Shown one piece after another: positions 29,505 through 38,647 of a DNA stretch of 39,530 bases. The notes beneath the pieces were generated by a model that did not search any database, was not told the origin of the DNA, and was given only the letters and a program-made list of their open reading frames with translations. The translations under genes were made by a program, and so were the position numbers. Within the stretch, counting starts at the first letter, position 1; each line of letters begins with the position of its first letter. The stretch comes from an uncultured Chloroflexia bacterium (GTDB lineage: Bacteria > Chloroflexota > Anaerolineae > B4-G1 > SLSP01): NCBI GenBank assembly GCA_963751345.1, contig CAVVUS010000020.1, forward strand, positions 1 through 39,530. The letters are read 5' to 3'.

Positions 29505-30128
29505 ATGTCCAGGATGCTGAGGGTAGTCAGTCTCTTCACAGTTCTAGCCGTAGCGATTTTGGCAAGCGTAGGTACCGTAGTGGCAGGCAGCGACACTCAT
29601 GTCTATGGTCTGGTGTTCGTCGACACCAACCTCAACGGCGTCTGGGATCCGGGCGAACAGGGCTTCGCAGGAGCCACCGTCATGTTGACAGCAGGGAATG
29701 AGACGAAAGTCATCGACCTGCAATCTGCGGGGACAAGGGCGCTGAACGAGGGTGAGAAAGATCTGTGCAGCCCACAGGATTTCACGATGGTGGACAGCGA
29801 GGGTGACGTCCAGGTCAATCCCGCACCGGATCGACCTTGCGTCGGCACGTGGGGCCTCCAGCCCGCAGGTGAGAACAAGGCCGTCTGGCGCATCGAGTTG
29901 GCCGTGCCGGCGGGATACGTAGCAACCTCCCCGAACCCACAGTACCAGACCGCCAGCACGAGCCCTGCCACCGTGGATTTCGGCATCGCGCCCGCCGGTG
30001 CGGGTGGGCCTACGGCAGCATCTGTACCCCTCCTGCCGGTCACCGGCACGGTAATCGAGGGGGTGGTCGCAGCACTGTTCGTGGTCGGCAGCTTCACTCT
30101 GCTGGCCGGCCGCAAGCTTCGCAAGTGA
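29505..30128 (+). CDS. Secreted SdrD-B-like domain protein with LPXTG-type sorting signal
   Basis: Signal peptide, G.VFVDTNLNGVWDPGE.G motif, P.GY, VDFG; C-terminal LPVTG + TM + RKLRK. Confidence 0.75.
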   Translation: MSRMLRVVSLFTVLAVAILASVGTVVAGSDTHVYGLVFVDTNLNGVWDPGEQGFAGATVMLTAGNETKVIDLQSAGTRALNEGEKDLCSPQDFTMVDSEGDVQVNPAPDRPCVGTWGLQPAGENKAVWRIELAVPAGYVATSPNPQYQTASTSPATVDFGIAPAGAGGPTAASVPLLPVTGTVIEGVVAALFVVGSFTLLAGRKLRK

Positions 30129-30161
30129 ATTGGCCTGGCCGCCAAACGACGTTACTTCCGC

Positions 30162-30191
30162 CAGCCCCGGCTCGGAATCGAGCCGGGGCTG
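30162..30191. terminator. 13-bp GC hairpin between convergent genes
   Basis: CAGCCCCGGCTCG-GAAT-CGAGCCGGGGCTG; no clear U tract. Confidence 0.55.
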
Positions 30192-30222
30192 CTGCTGTCG
30201 ACGTCTCACAGCAATCACACGG

Positions 30223-31678
30223 TCAGAACCGCCCCACCCGCTCCAGACCCTCATCCACCGCCAACATCGTCGCGTCGAAGAGCTGCTTCATCAGATCGAG
30301 CTTGAGCGGCTGCATCGTCGGGTGCATCCCACAGATTCCGGAACTCCTCGGGATCTTCCTGCAGATCGTAGAGCTCACCGGCGTCCATGCCCGTGGTAGA
30401 CGACGAGCTTGTACCGGTCGTCGCGCAGCATGCTGGCGTGGCTGGCGAAGCGCTGGGCAAGCGCGTCGTGGTACTCGCAGCGCACGAAAGGACGGTGGAT
30501 GCCGGCGTCGGCGCGACCCGGTGAGGATCGGCAGCGAGCGACCTGCCCTGGACGTGCGGCGAGACCGGCAGGTCGAGCGCCTCCAGCAGCGTGGGCACGA
30601 TGTCAACCAGCTCGACCAGAGCGTCACTTCGCAACCCCGCCTCGAAGCGGCCAGGCCACGAGAGGATCAGCGGCACGTGCACGGCCCCCTCGTAGAACCG
30701 GCATCCCTTCCATAAGAGACCGTGATCGCCCAACATCTCCCCGTGGTCGCTCGTGAAGATGACAATGGTGTTCTCGCGTTGCCCACTCTCCTCCAGCGCC
30801 GCCAACATCCGGCCCACCTGATCGTCGATCAGCTCAATCTCGGCATAGTACGCTGCGACCATACGACGAGCCTCATAGCTGTGCGGCGATTCGGGGATCT
30901 CCGTCTGGAAGTCAACGCCATCAAACGCACGCTGGCTCTCAAGCTCCGCCTCCCGAAAGAGCGGCAGGGGGATCGATTCCCAATCCATACGCTCCAGGTA
31001 AGAAAGCGGCGGGTCAAGCGCGGGATGCGGGTCGAAGGGATTCACGCTCATCAGCCACGGCCCCTCGCGTGGCTCCTCAATGAAGGCGATGGCCTCCTCT
31101 GCGCACCACGTCGTCTGGTGGAACTCGGCCGCGATGCCGGGGCGACAGTAGCCGGGCACATTCCACGGACGCCCGGCCTCCGTGTCTAGATCGGCGTCGT
31201 GTGCCTCATCCCAGTCCACACCCCGGTCCTGCAGCCACTGCTGATAGTCGTGCTGCGGCGTGGGCCAGAAATCCTCGGGCTGGGGATGGTGGCTCCACTT
31301 GAGCACCCGGTAGCCATAGCCGTCCTCCGGGAAGACCTCTACCCGGCCATCGGCAGCCGTCAGGTGCAACTTCCCCGCCAGCCCGGTGTCGTACCCCACG
31401 TCACGCAGCATTCGTGTGATCAGGCCGGGTCGCTCGGGGAACCAGTCATCGCCGTTGCGGTTGACGTGAATCGTACTCGGGTATTTGCCACTCAGGAAGC
31501 TGGCCCGGCTGGGGGTGCAGATCGGGCTCTGGCAATAGGCCCGCGTGAACGCCACCCCCTCCGCCACCAACCGGTCGAGGTTAGGCGTCCGAATGTGCTC
31601 GTTTCCGAGCGCCGCGATCGTGTCGTAGCGCTGCTGGTCGGTGCAGATCCAAAGAATGTTGGGACGACTGTCGGGCAT
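30223..31678 (-). CDS. Cys-type sulfatase (about four +1 errors near the 3' end)
   Basis: PNILWICTDQ, TPNLD, CTPSRASFLSG (CxPxR), GKLH, FTSDHG..KG..FYEG; the C-terminus can be rebuilt as ..MLRDDRYKLVVYHG..GELYDL..ERVGRF. Confidence 0.9.
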
Positions 31679-31784
31679 AGACGGGATTCCTCCTTTGACT
31701 CGAAATTGCGCGATCGACTATACATGACGAGTGGGGGTGATCGGAGATCTCCCGATCAATCGTCACCGGTCACTCGTCAACCGT

Positions 31785-32900
31785 TCACCAATCCGCCACC
31801 GACCCGTCCACGTGCCACAGCCGCGGCGTCTCCCACGAGCCGTCGTCGAGCTTGTCGACGAGCGCGTCCTCGTCCAGCTCGATGCCTAGCCCGGGCTTCG
31901 TCGGCAGGTCGATGTAGCCATCTTTGATGACGAAGGGCTCCTTGAGATAGCCCTCACCCAACGTGACGTGCTCCTGTGCCAGGAAGTTGGGGGTGCAGGC
32001 GTCCAACTGCAGACATGCAGCCAACGCGATCGGCCCCAGCGGGCAATGTGGTGCGACGGCGGCGAAGTACGTCTCGGCCATCGCCGCGATCTTCTTGCAC
32101 TCCAGGATACCGCCCGCGTGGGAGAGGTCGGGCTGGAGCACAGCCGCGGCCTGCTTCTCCAGCACCTCGCGGAACCCCCACTTCGTGAAGAGCCGTTCGC
32201 CGGTCGCGATGGGGATGGTCGTGCTGCGGGCCACCGTCACCATCGCGTCGACGTTGTCCGGGAGCACCGGCTCCTCGATGAACATCGGGCTGTAGGGCTC
32301 CAGCGCCCTCGCCAGCCGGACGGCCATCGCAGGGCTCACGCGTCCGTGGAAGTCGATCCCCACGTCGACATCGTTACCTACCGCCTTGCGAATCCCCGCG
32401 AAGCGCTCGACGTTTGCGTCGACCACGGCGGGGGTATCCACGATGTTGACCGCGCCCAGGATGCCCATCTTGAGCGCCGTGAAGCCCTGGCCTGAACTGA
32501 CCTTGGCGCTCTCAATATAGTCACCGTAGGTCTCGCCGCCCAGCCAACCATACATACGGATCTTGTCGCGGGTCGCGCCTCCGAGCAACTGGTAGACGGG
32601 CACCCCCAACCACTTCCCGGTGATGTCCCACAGCGCCTGCTCGACGCCCGAAATGGCGCTGCTGAGCACGGGGCCACCCCGGTAGAACTGGCCACGATAG
32701 ATCGCTTGCCAGTGATGCTCGATTCGCCGCGGGTCCTGGCCGATCAGATAGCGCCCGATCTCGTGAACGGCAGCCGCCACCGTCTGCGCCCGCCCCTCGA
32801 CCACGGGTTCGCCCAGCCCCACGATCCCCTCATCCGTGTGGACCTTCAGAAAGAGCCACCGCGGCTTGACGAAGATGGTCTCCAGCTTGGTGATCTTCAT
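31785..32900 (-). CDS. dgoD: Galactonate dehydratase (enolase superfamily)
   Basis: MKIT..PRWLFLK, GEPVVEGRA, FYRGGP, DFHGR, FIEEP, ATGER, QPD, APHCPLGP, DGSVADW. Confidence 0.9.
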   Translation of the reverse strand: MKITKLETIFVKPRWLFLKVHTDEGIVGLGEPVVEGRAQTVAAAVHEIGRYLIGQDPRRIEHHWQAIYRGQFYRGGPVLSSAISGVEQALWDITGKWLGVPVYQLLGGATRDKIRMYGWLGGETYGDYIESAKVSSGQGFTALKMGILGAVNIVDTPAVVDANVERFAGIRKAVGNDVDVGIDFHGRVSPAMAVRLARALEPYSPMFIEEPVLPDNVDAMVTVARSTTIPIATGERLFTKWGFREVLEKQAAAVLQPDLSHAGGILECKKIAAMAETYFAAVAPHCPLGPIALAACLQLDACTPNFLAQEHVTLGEGYLKEPFVIKDGYIDLPTKPGLGIELDEDALVDKLDDGSWETPRLWHVDGSVADW

Positions 32901-33105
32901 AGGCACCTTCTTTGCGTGAAATGATGACGTTTGCGGATAGTATAGGCCGCCTCGGGGGTTTGCCATGTTGAGGGCACTGTCTGAATCACGGTTACGCTGC
33001 TCGGAAGCGGGCGGACGCCACGGTTGCACGGATGGCACTGATACTCCCGGTCGCACGGCTGTATCCGGGTAACCAGTCAATCCCTTGAATCCGCGATTCA
33101 GACAA

Positions 33106-33134
33106 TTGACGCCAGCCCGCAGTGGTGCCATAAT
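33106..33134 (+). promoter_or_regulatory. Putative promoter of the GH99-like operon
   Basis: TTGACG-N17-CATAAT with a TG extension. Confidence 0.55.
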
Positions 33135-33178
33135 GACATTGTGATCATTTCGGCTGAACCAGCCAGACGTTCAATAAC

Positions 33179-34292
33179 GTGAGATTGCCGAGCGCGACCC
33201 ATATCGCCCTGGCGACGGTCCTATGTTTGGCGGCATGCGTGCCAATCAGCCGGGCCGACCACGCAACTATGCTGCCTGCTCAGACACCAATCCCGGATCC
33301 GACAGCCACATCGACGGCGCCTGCCGCACTCGGATGCCCCGTTGCTCGTTGGGGCGTATTGGTACCCATGGTACGGGTCGGGCGGACGCCACTGGCAGGA
33401 GGGCTACCGCGGCACGCCGCTGCTCGGCGAGTACGATTCGGCGGATCCGGACGTGATCCGTCAGCAGATCGCGTGGGCGTCCGACTACGGGGTCGATTTC
33501 TTCGCGACTAGCTGGTGGGGACAGGATAGCTATGAGGATGCTGTCACCCGCGGGCCCTTTCTGGAGGGTCTCGCTGGGCAAGAGCTGCGCTTCGCCATCC
33601 TCTACGAGGCGCCTGGCCTGCTGGGGATGGATGGCGGGAAGATTCCGGTCGACGATCCTGGCGTTCGGCAGCGGTTGACGGACGACTTCACCTACCTGGC
33701 TCAGGTCTATTTCGACCACCCCGGTTACCTGCGGATCGATGACCGTCCCGTCGTCTTCATCTACCTCACGCGCGCTTTCGTGGGCAACGTTCGGGAAGCC
33801 CTCAGCGAGATCCGGGCGGCGGTTAAGGCGGAGAGTGATATCGACCCGTTCATTGTCGGCGACGAGGTCTACTGGCAGTCGCCCACACGGCTGCGGCTCG
33901 GCCCCTATGACGGCGTGACGGCTTACAACATGCACACCTCGGTTCCGGGCATCGCGGACGGGTTCGCAGCAAAGGTCGGCGACCAATACTCGGTATGGGC
34001 CAGCGCTGCTGCACGCGAGGACATCGCCTTCGTACCCGACGTGATTCCCGGCTTCGACGATACCGCCGTCCGGCCTGAGGCCGGGCACCCAACGATTCCG
34101 CGAAGCCCGGAGCTTTTCGCCGAGCAGCTGGAGGACGCCCTGGTTCTCGCCAGCGGGCCGGCACGAATGGTGATGATCACGTCATGGAACGAATGGCACG
34201 AGGACACCTCCATCGAACCCGGCGATTCCTTCGGCTTTGACTACCTCGAGATCCTGAGGGACCAGGTGACTGCCGCGAGGGAGATTCCATGA
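33179..34292 (+). CDS. GH99/GH71-like glycoside hydrolase, probable lipoprotein (frameshift between signal peptide and catalytic domain)
   Basis: LAAC lipobox in the 33179 frame; YWYPWY, PLLGEYDS.D, SWWG, PGFDD, ITSWNEWHE.T.IEP in the 33342 frame. Confidence 0.75.
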
Positions 34293-35413
34293 CCCCCCGC
34301 GAGCGCCTGCTCACCGCACTGCGCGGCGGCACGCCCGATTGCGTCCCGCTGGTGCTGCCCGGCTTCGACTTCCCCACCCGCGAGGCCATCGACGCGCATC
34401 CCGATCCGAGACGGCGCGAGATTGCGCACCGCGTCTTCAGCCACCTCGCCTACCGCGTCGAGGTGCCCAGCTATACGAACCGGTACCTGATGACGCCGTC
34501 CCAACGCATCCACGAGACGACAGAGGTACTCGGGAACGGCTTCCGTGAGACCCACGGCATCATCGAAACCCCGAAGGGCGACCTGACCTTCCGGACCCTG
34601 CTCGATCCGGTCTCAGGCACGACCTGGACGCTGGAGTACCCGGTCAAGACGCTGGACGACATCGACCGGATCGCGTCGGTTCCCTGGGAACTACCCGAGG
34701 GATTGGCGCCACCCGACGAAGACCGCCCCGTCGATTTCGCCACCCGCGGCATCCTCGACACGCGCATCTCCTCGCCCTTCGTCTGCGCGGCAGGGATGAT
34801 GCCTTTCGAGCGCTTCCTGGAGCTGACCGCGACCGAACCGGCCCTCATCGATGACCTGACCGAGATCTGCCTGCAGCGCACGCTGGACGTCCTCGACGTC
34901 CTGCTCTCCAGACCCGGCATCGAGTACGTATGGATCGGCGGCAGCGAGTGGGTCACGCCGCCGATGGCTTCCCCACGCACTTACGACCGCCTCGTCCAGG
35001 CGCAGGAGCGCGCGCTCATCGAGGCCATCCACGCCCACGACGATCCCGTCGCGGGCCCGCCCCTTGTCCACGTCCACTGCCACGGGCACGTTCGCCACGC
35101 GCTCCAGCGCACTATCGAGCGCGGCGCCGACTACACCGAGCCCGTCGAAGCCCCACCCGACGGTGATCTGACGATGGCGGAGGCCAAGGCTCTCGCCGCA
35201 GGCCGCATCACGCTCGGCGGCAACGTCGAGTGCCGCATCCTCTGCAACGGCACGCCCGACGACATCACCGCCGCCGTCCACGCCGCCTACGCCGGAGGCA
35301 CCCACCGCTTCATCCTCCGCCCCACGGAAGGCCCCTCGCCACTCATGAACGAGCGCGAGGCGGCGAATTGGGGGCGGATGGTGGAGGAGTGGCTACTGGA
35401 TGTTGGATGCTAG
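34289..35413 (+). CDS. Uroporphyrinogen decarboxylase-like (URO-D/MtaA superfamily) protein
   Basis: MTPRERLL, TPKGDL, EYPVKT, HVHCHG, PVEAPPDGD, LGGNV. Confidence 0.75.
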   Translation: MTPRERLLTALRGGTPDCVPLVLPGFDFPTREAIDAHPDPRRREIAHRVFSHLAYRVEVPSYTNRYLMTPSQRIHETTEVLGNGFRETHGIIETPKGDLTFRTLLDPVSGTTWTLEYPVKTLDDIDRIASVPWELPEGLAPPDEDRPVDFATRGILDTRISSPFVCAAGMMPFERFLELTATEPALIDDLTEICLQRTLDVLDVLLSRPGIEYVWIGGSEWVTPPMASPRTYDRLVQAQERALIEAIHAHDDPVAGPPLVHVHCHGHVRHALQRTIERGADYTEPVEAPPDGDLTMAEAKALAAGRITLGGNVECRILCNGTPDDITAAVHAAYAGGTHRFILRPTEGPSPLMNEREAANWGRMVEEWLLDVGC

Positions 35414-35460
35414 ATGGTGGATGGTGGATGGTGGAAACTAGAAGCCGGATGCCAGATGCC
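35391..35460 (+). repeat. 7-nt tandem array (left arm), consensus RGATGSY
   Basis: GGCTACT GGATGTT GGATGCT AGATGGT GGATGGT GGATGGT GGAAACT AGAAGCC GGATGCC AGATGCC. Confidence 0.85.
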
Positions 35461-35496
35461 GGGAGGCATGGCACTTGGGTATAAGGAGAGGTAGGC

Positions 35497-35884
35497 ATGG
35501 CGGTACAGAGCTACCGGGATCTGGAGATATACCAGCAGTCGTTCGATCTCGCCGTCAATATTGACCGAGTGTCCAAGCAGCTTCCCAGGCACGAGATGTA
35601 CGAGGAGGGAAGTCAGCTACGGCGAGCAGCGAAGTCTGTGCCGGCCAATCTCGCCGAGGGATTCGGGCGACGACGATATACCCAGGACTACATTCGTTTT
35701 GTAGTCTATGCACTGGCATCATGTGATGAAACACTGGTGCACCTCGATCTGCTTTACCACACCCAATCACTGGAAGAGGAGGCGTATTCGGACCTAAGGA
35801 GCAACTATGACATTCTCAGCAAACGCATCAACAAGTTCCTACAAGGCATCATCAAATACCACCAGGAGCCATATCGTTACGTAG
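35497..35884 (+). CDS. Four-helix-bundle protein (23S rRNA IVS protein / TIGR02436-like)
   Basis: SYRDLEIYQ, LP..E.Y...SQLRRAAKSVPANLAEGFGR, F...ALAS..ET; RBS AAGGAG. The ORF as given runs to 36126, but a TAG at 35882 in the +1 frame fits the usual ~125-aa length. Confidence 0.85.
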
Positions 35885-35887
35885 CTC

Positions 35888-35952
35888 GGTATCCGGTATG
35901 TCCGGTATCTGGTATCTGGTATCTGGCATCCGACACCCGGCATCCGGTTTTC
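35888..35952 (+). repeat. 7-nt tandem array (right arm), consensus GGYATCY, inverse of the left arm
   Basis: GGTATCC GGTATGTCC GGTATCT GGTATCT GGTATCT GGCATCC GACACCC GGCATCC GGTTTTC. Confidence 0.85.
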
Positions 35953-35977
35953 CAATCCCACACTATGGAGGACATCT

Positions 35978-36991
35978 ATGTTCATCGACCGACCCGACAT
36001 TCCTTCCGGCATCAAAATCGCGGCGCAGACCACGCCCGAACCGACCGCCGACGACATAGCGTTCGTCAAGCAGATGGGCGTCGACTACGTCGTGCTTTGG
36101 ACCGACGGCGCCCATGCCAGCTATGACTATTACGCCAGCCGGCGGAAGCTCTTCGCAGAGAACGGGCTGACCGTCTACGGCTTCGGCAGCTGGGCGGTCC
36201 ACAACCAGCCCGTGATCACGCTGGGACTCCCCGGACGCGACGAAAAGATCGAGGAGTACAAGCAGCATCTCCGCAATCTCGGCAAGGCAGGGATTCCCTA
36301 TACGACCTACGCCCACATGGCCAACGGCATCTGGAGTTCCGAACGGGAGACAACCCGCGGTGGGGCTCCGGCCCGCGCCTTCAACGTCAATGCCAACCCC
36401 AAAGGACACTGGATCGGCGAGCTCTATGAGGGTGAGCTGACCCACGGCAGGAAGTACTCCGAACAGGAGATCTGGGACAACTACGAGTATTTCATCAAGC
36501 AGGTCGTCCCCGTCGCCGAGGAAGCCGGCGTCAAGATCGGCATCCACCCGGACGATCCGCCCATGCCCGAGCTGGGCGGGATTCCGCGCTGTATCTTCGG
36601 CAACTTCGAGGGATACCGGCAGGCGATGGAGATCGCCAACAGCCCCAACGTGGGAATCTGCCTCTGCGTCGGCTGCTGGCTGGAGGGTGGTGACCTGATG
36701 GGAAAGAACGTGGTTGAGACCATCAAGTACTTCGGCGAGCGGGGCAAGCTCCACAAGATCCACTTCCGCAACGTCCACCAGCCGCTGCCCTACTTCGTGG
36801 AAACCTTCCTCGACGACGGCTACATGGATATGTACAAGGTCATGCGCGCGCTGCGCGAGGTCGACTTCGACGGCGTGGTCATCGCCGACCACATCCCCGG
36901 TATGACCGACGATCGCCGCGTGGGCACCGCTTTCTCGATCGGCTATATGAAGGCGCTGCTGGAACGCGCCGAGGCGGAGTTCGCGGCATGA
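35978..36991 (+). CDS. uxuA: Mannonate dehydratase family
   Basis: I.LGLPGRDE.IE, WDNYEYF...V.PVAEEAGV..GIHPDDPP, CVGC, IHFRNV, ETFLDDG, ADHIP. Confidence 0.8.
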   Translation: MFIDRPDIPSGIKIAAQTTPEPTADDIAFVKQMGVDYVVLWTDGAHASYDYYASRRKLFAENGLTVYGFGSWAVHNQPVITLGLPGRDEKIEEYKQHLRNLGKAGIPYTTYAHMANGIWSSERETTRGGAPARAFNVNANPKGHWIGELYEGELTHGRKYSEQEIWDNYEYFIKQVVPVAEEAGVKIGIHPDDPPMPELGGIPRCIFGNFEGYRQAMEIANSPNVGICLCVGCWLEGGDLMGKNVVETIKYFGERGKLHKIHFRNVHQPLPYFVETFLDDGYMDMYKVMRALREVDFDGVVIADHIPGMTDDRRVGTAFSIGYMKALLERAEAEFAA

Positions 36992-37002
36992 AGGAGACGA
37001 CA

Positions 37003-37731
37003 ATGACAGAGGAGAAGACACACCCCTCCGTTCTGGAACTGCAGGCGCGCTGGGACAAGATTCGCATCGCCAACCTGTACGACACCCTGGACAAGATGGG
37101 ATATCCCAACCAGTGCATCGACCTGGGCATCCGCCCGCTCTTCCCCCACCAACACCTGGCCGGGGTGGCGGTCACCGTGCGCGGCGCGCGCGATCCACGA
37201 TCCCGCGAGGAGCGGGAGGCCGACACGGAGAAGGCCAAGGCAGAGGGCAAGGAACAGCCGGGACCGAGGCTGCACGACCTGCTCTTCCCCGGCTGCGTGG
37301 TCGTCGTCGACGGCGGCGGCGAGCCGCTTACCGGGAAGTTCGGCGAGATGACGAGCTGGGGGCTCCAGCAGAGTGGGGCCAAGGGCATCGTGCTCGACGG
37401 CTTCATCCGCGACCTGCTGGGCCTGGAGGTGATCCCGGACTACACGGTGTGCGCGCGGGGCACCTCGCCCATCGAGTCGGCTCAGCGCTGGGCACAGGTC
37501 GCCGCAAACGTGACGATCGGCATGCCCGGCACCCTGACCAGCCAGGTCGCGGTGCATCCGGGTGACTGGATCATCGGCGGGCCCGACGGCGTGATCGTCG
37601 TCCCGCAGGAGATCGCGATGGAGGCCCTTGAAAAAGCCGAGGACATCGAGACGCGCGAGCAGGGCATGCGCGAGGATCTGGCCAAGGGCATGTCCTTCAG
37701 GGACGCCTTCGAGAAGTGGGGACGCGCCTGA
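37003..37731 (+). CDS. RraA / HMG-aldolase-like protein
   Basis: YDTLD, G.AVTV, FGEM, GIVLDGFIRD, PGDWIIGGPDGVIVVP; AAGGAG RBS. Confidence 0.85.
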   Translation: MTEEKTHPSVLELQARWDKIRIANLYDTLDKMGYPNQCIDLGIRPLFPHQHLAGVAVTVRGARDPRSREEREADTEKAKAEGKEQPGPRLHDLLFPGCVVVVDGGGEPLTGKFGEMTSWGLQQSGAKGIVLDGFIRDLLGLEVIPDYTVCARGTSPIESAQRWAQVAANVTIGMPGTLTSQVAVHPGDWIIGGPDGVIVVPQEIAMEALEKAEDIETREQGMREDLAKGMSFRDAFEKWGRA

Positions 37732-37745
37732 CGCAAGGCAAGAGA

Positions 37746-37779
37746 CCTTCCGGGGAGCCGGCTGCGGCTCCCCGGAAGG
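37746..37779. repeat. REP-like hairpin (CCTTCCGGG family), copy 1
   Basis: CCTTCCGGGGAGCCG-GCTG-CGGCTCCCCGGAAGG, perfect 15-bp stem. Confidence 0.8.
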
Positions 37780-37805
37780 CGAGAATCCGGAGGGGGAGAT
37801 AGAGA

Positions 37806-38582
37806 ATGGACTACGTCGATTTTGGTTCCACCGGGCTCAAGGTCTCACGCCTGGGCGTCGGCACCGGGACTCACGGCTGGGCCGGCCATTCGGATCAGAC
37901 GGCACTCGGCCTCAAGGGACTGTCGGATCTGCTGCTCAAGGCCCTCGACCTGGGCGTGAACTTCTGGGATGCCGCCGACCAGTACGGCTCGCATCCCCAC
38001 GTCGCGGAGGCGCTGAAACACGTCGACCGCGACAAGGTCGTTATCGCGACCAAGACCCCGGCCAAGCGGGCCGGACAGGCCGCGCGCGACGTCGACCGGT
38101 ATCTCAAGGAGCTGGGCACCGACGTCCTCGACATCGTGCTGCTCCACGGTATCCACCGCGGAGATTGGCCCAAGAAGCTTGAGGGTCCCATGGAAGCGTT
38201 GAGCCGGGCGAAGGAGGAGGGCAAGGTGCGCAGCGTGGGCTTCTCGTGCCACGATCTGGGCGCCCTGCGCACCGCAGTCACAACGCCCTGGGTAGACACG
38301 GTCCTCGTCCGCATCAACTACTCCGGCGACAATATGGATGGCCAACCTTCCGACGTGGTCCCCGTGATCCGGGACCTCTACGCCGCCGGGAAGGCGGTCT
38401 ACGCGATGAAGGTACTGGGGTGTGGGCCGTTGACCCACGACGTGCGGAAGGCCTTTGAGTTCGTCCTCGGTCTGGGAACGGTGCACGCGTTGAGCATCGG
38501 CACGACAAGCATCGCGCAGTTGGAGGAGAACGTAGCAGTGATGGAGGAGCTCGCGCCGGGCCATCCGCTCGCTGCGCGATAG
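37806..38582 (+). CDS. Aldo/keto reductase
   Basis: G.TGLKVSRLGVG, DAADQYG, IATK, LLHG, GKVRSVGFSCH, AMK. Confidence 0.92.
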   Translation: MDYVDFGSTGLKVSRLGVGTGTHGWAGHSDQTALGLKGLSDLLLKALDLGVNFWDAADQYGSHPHVAEALKHVDRDKVVIATKTPAKRAGQAARDVDRYLKELGTDVLDIVLLHGIHRGDWPKKLEGPMEALSRAKEEGKVRSVGFSCHDLGALRTAVTTPWVDTVLVRINYSGDNMDGQPSDVVPVIRDLYAAGKAVYAMKVLGCGPLTHDVRKAFEFVLGLGTVHALSIGTTSIAQLEENVAVMEELAPGHPLAAR

Positions 38583-38597
38583 ATTGCCTTCGACCGA

Positions 38598-38630
38598 CCT
38601 TCCGGGTAGCCGAACCAGCTACCCGGAAGG
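38598..38630. repeat. REP-like hairpin (CCTTCCGGG family), copy 2
   Basis: CCTTCCGGGTAGC-CGAACCA-GCTACCCGGAAGG, perfect 13-bp stem. Confidence 0.8.
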
Positions 38631-38647
38631 GAGAACAGGAGACCACG

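Noticed and set aside
31785-33131. N-terminally extended DgoD (448 aa); similar extensions for mraZ, eda and ftsQ
   Set aside because: Family-typical starts lie downstream (32900, 25020, 27918, 11862), and the extensions cover promoter or repeat DNA.
35497-36126. 209-aa four-helix protein with a novel C-terminal domain; DGR Avd
   Set aside because: The extension is just the translated heptamer array plus out-of-frame uxuA, probably from a +1 error. No reverse transcriptase or TR/VR pair is visible in the window.
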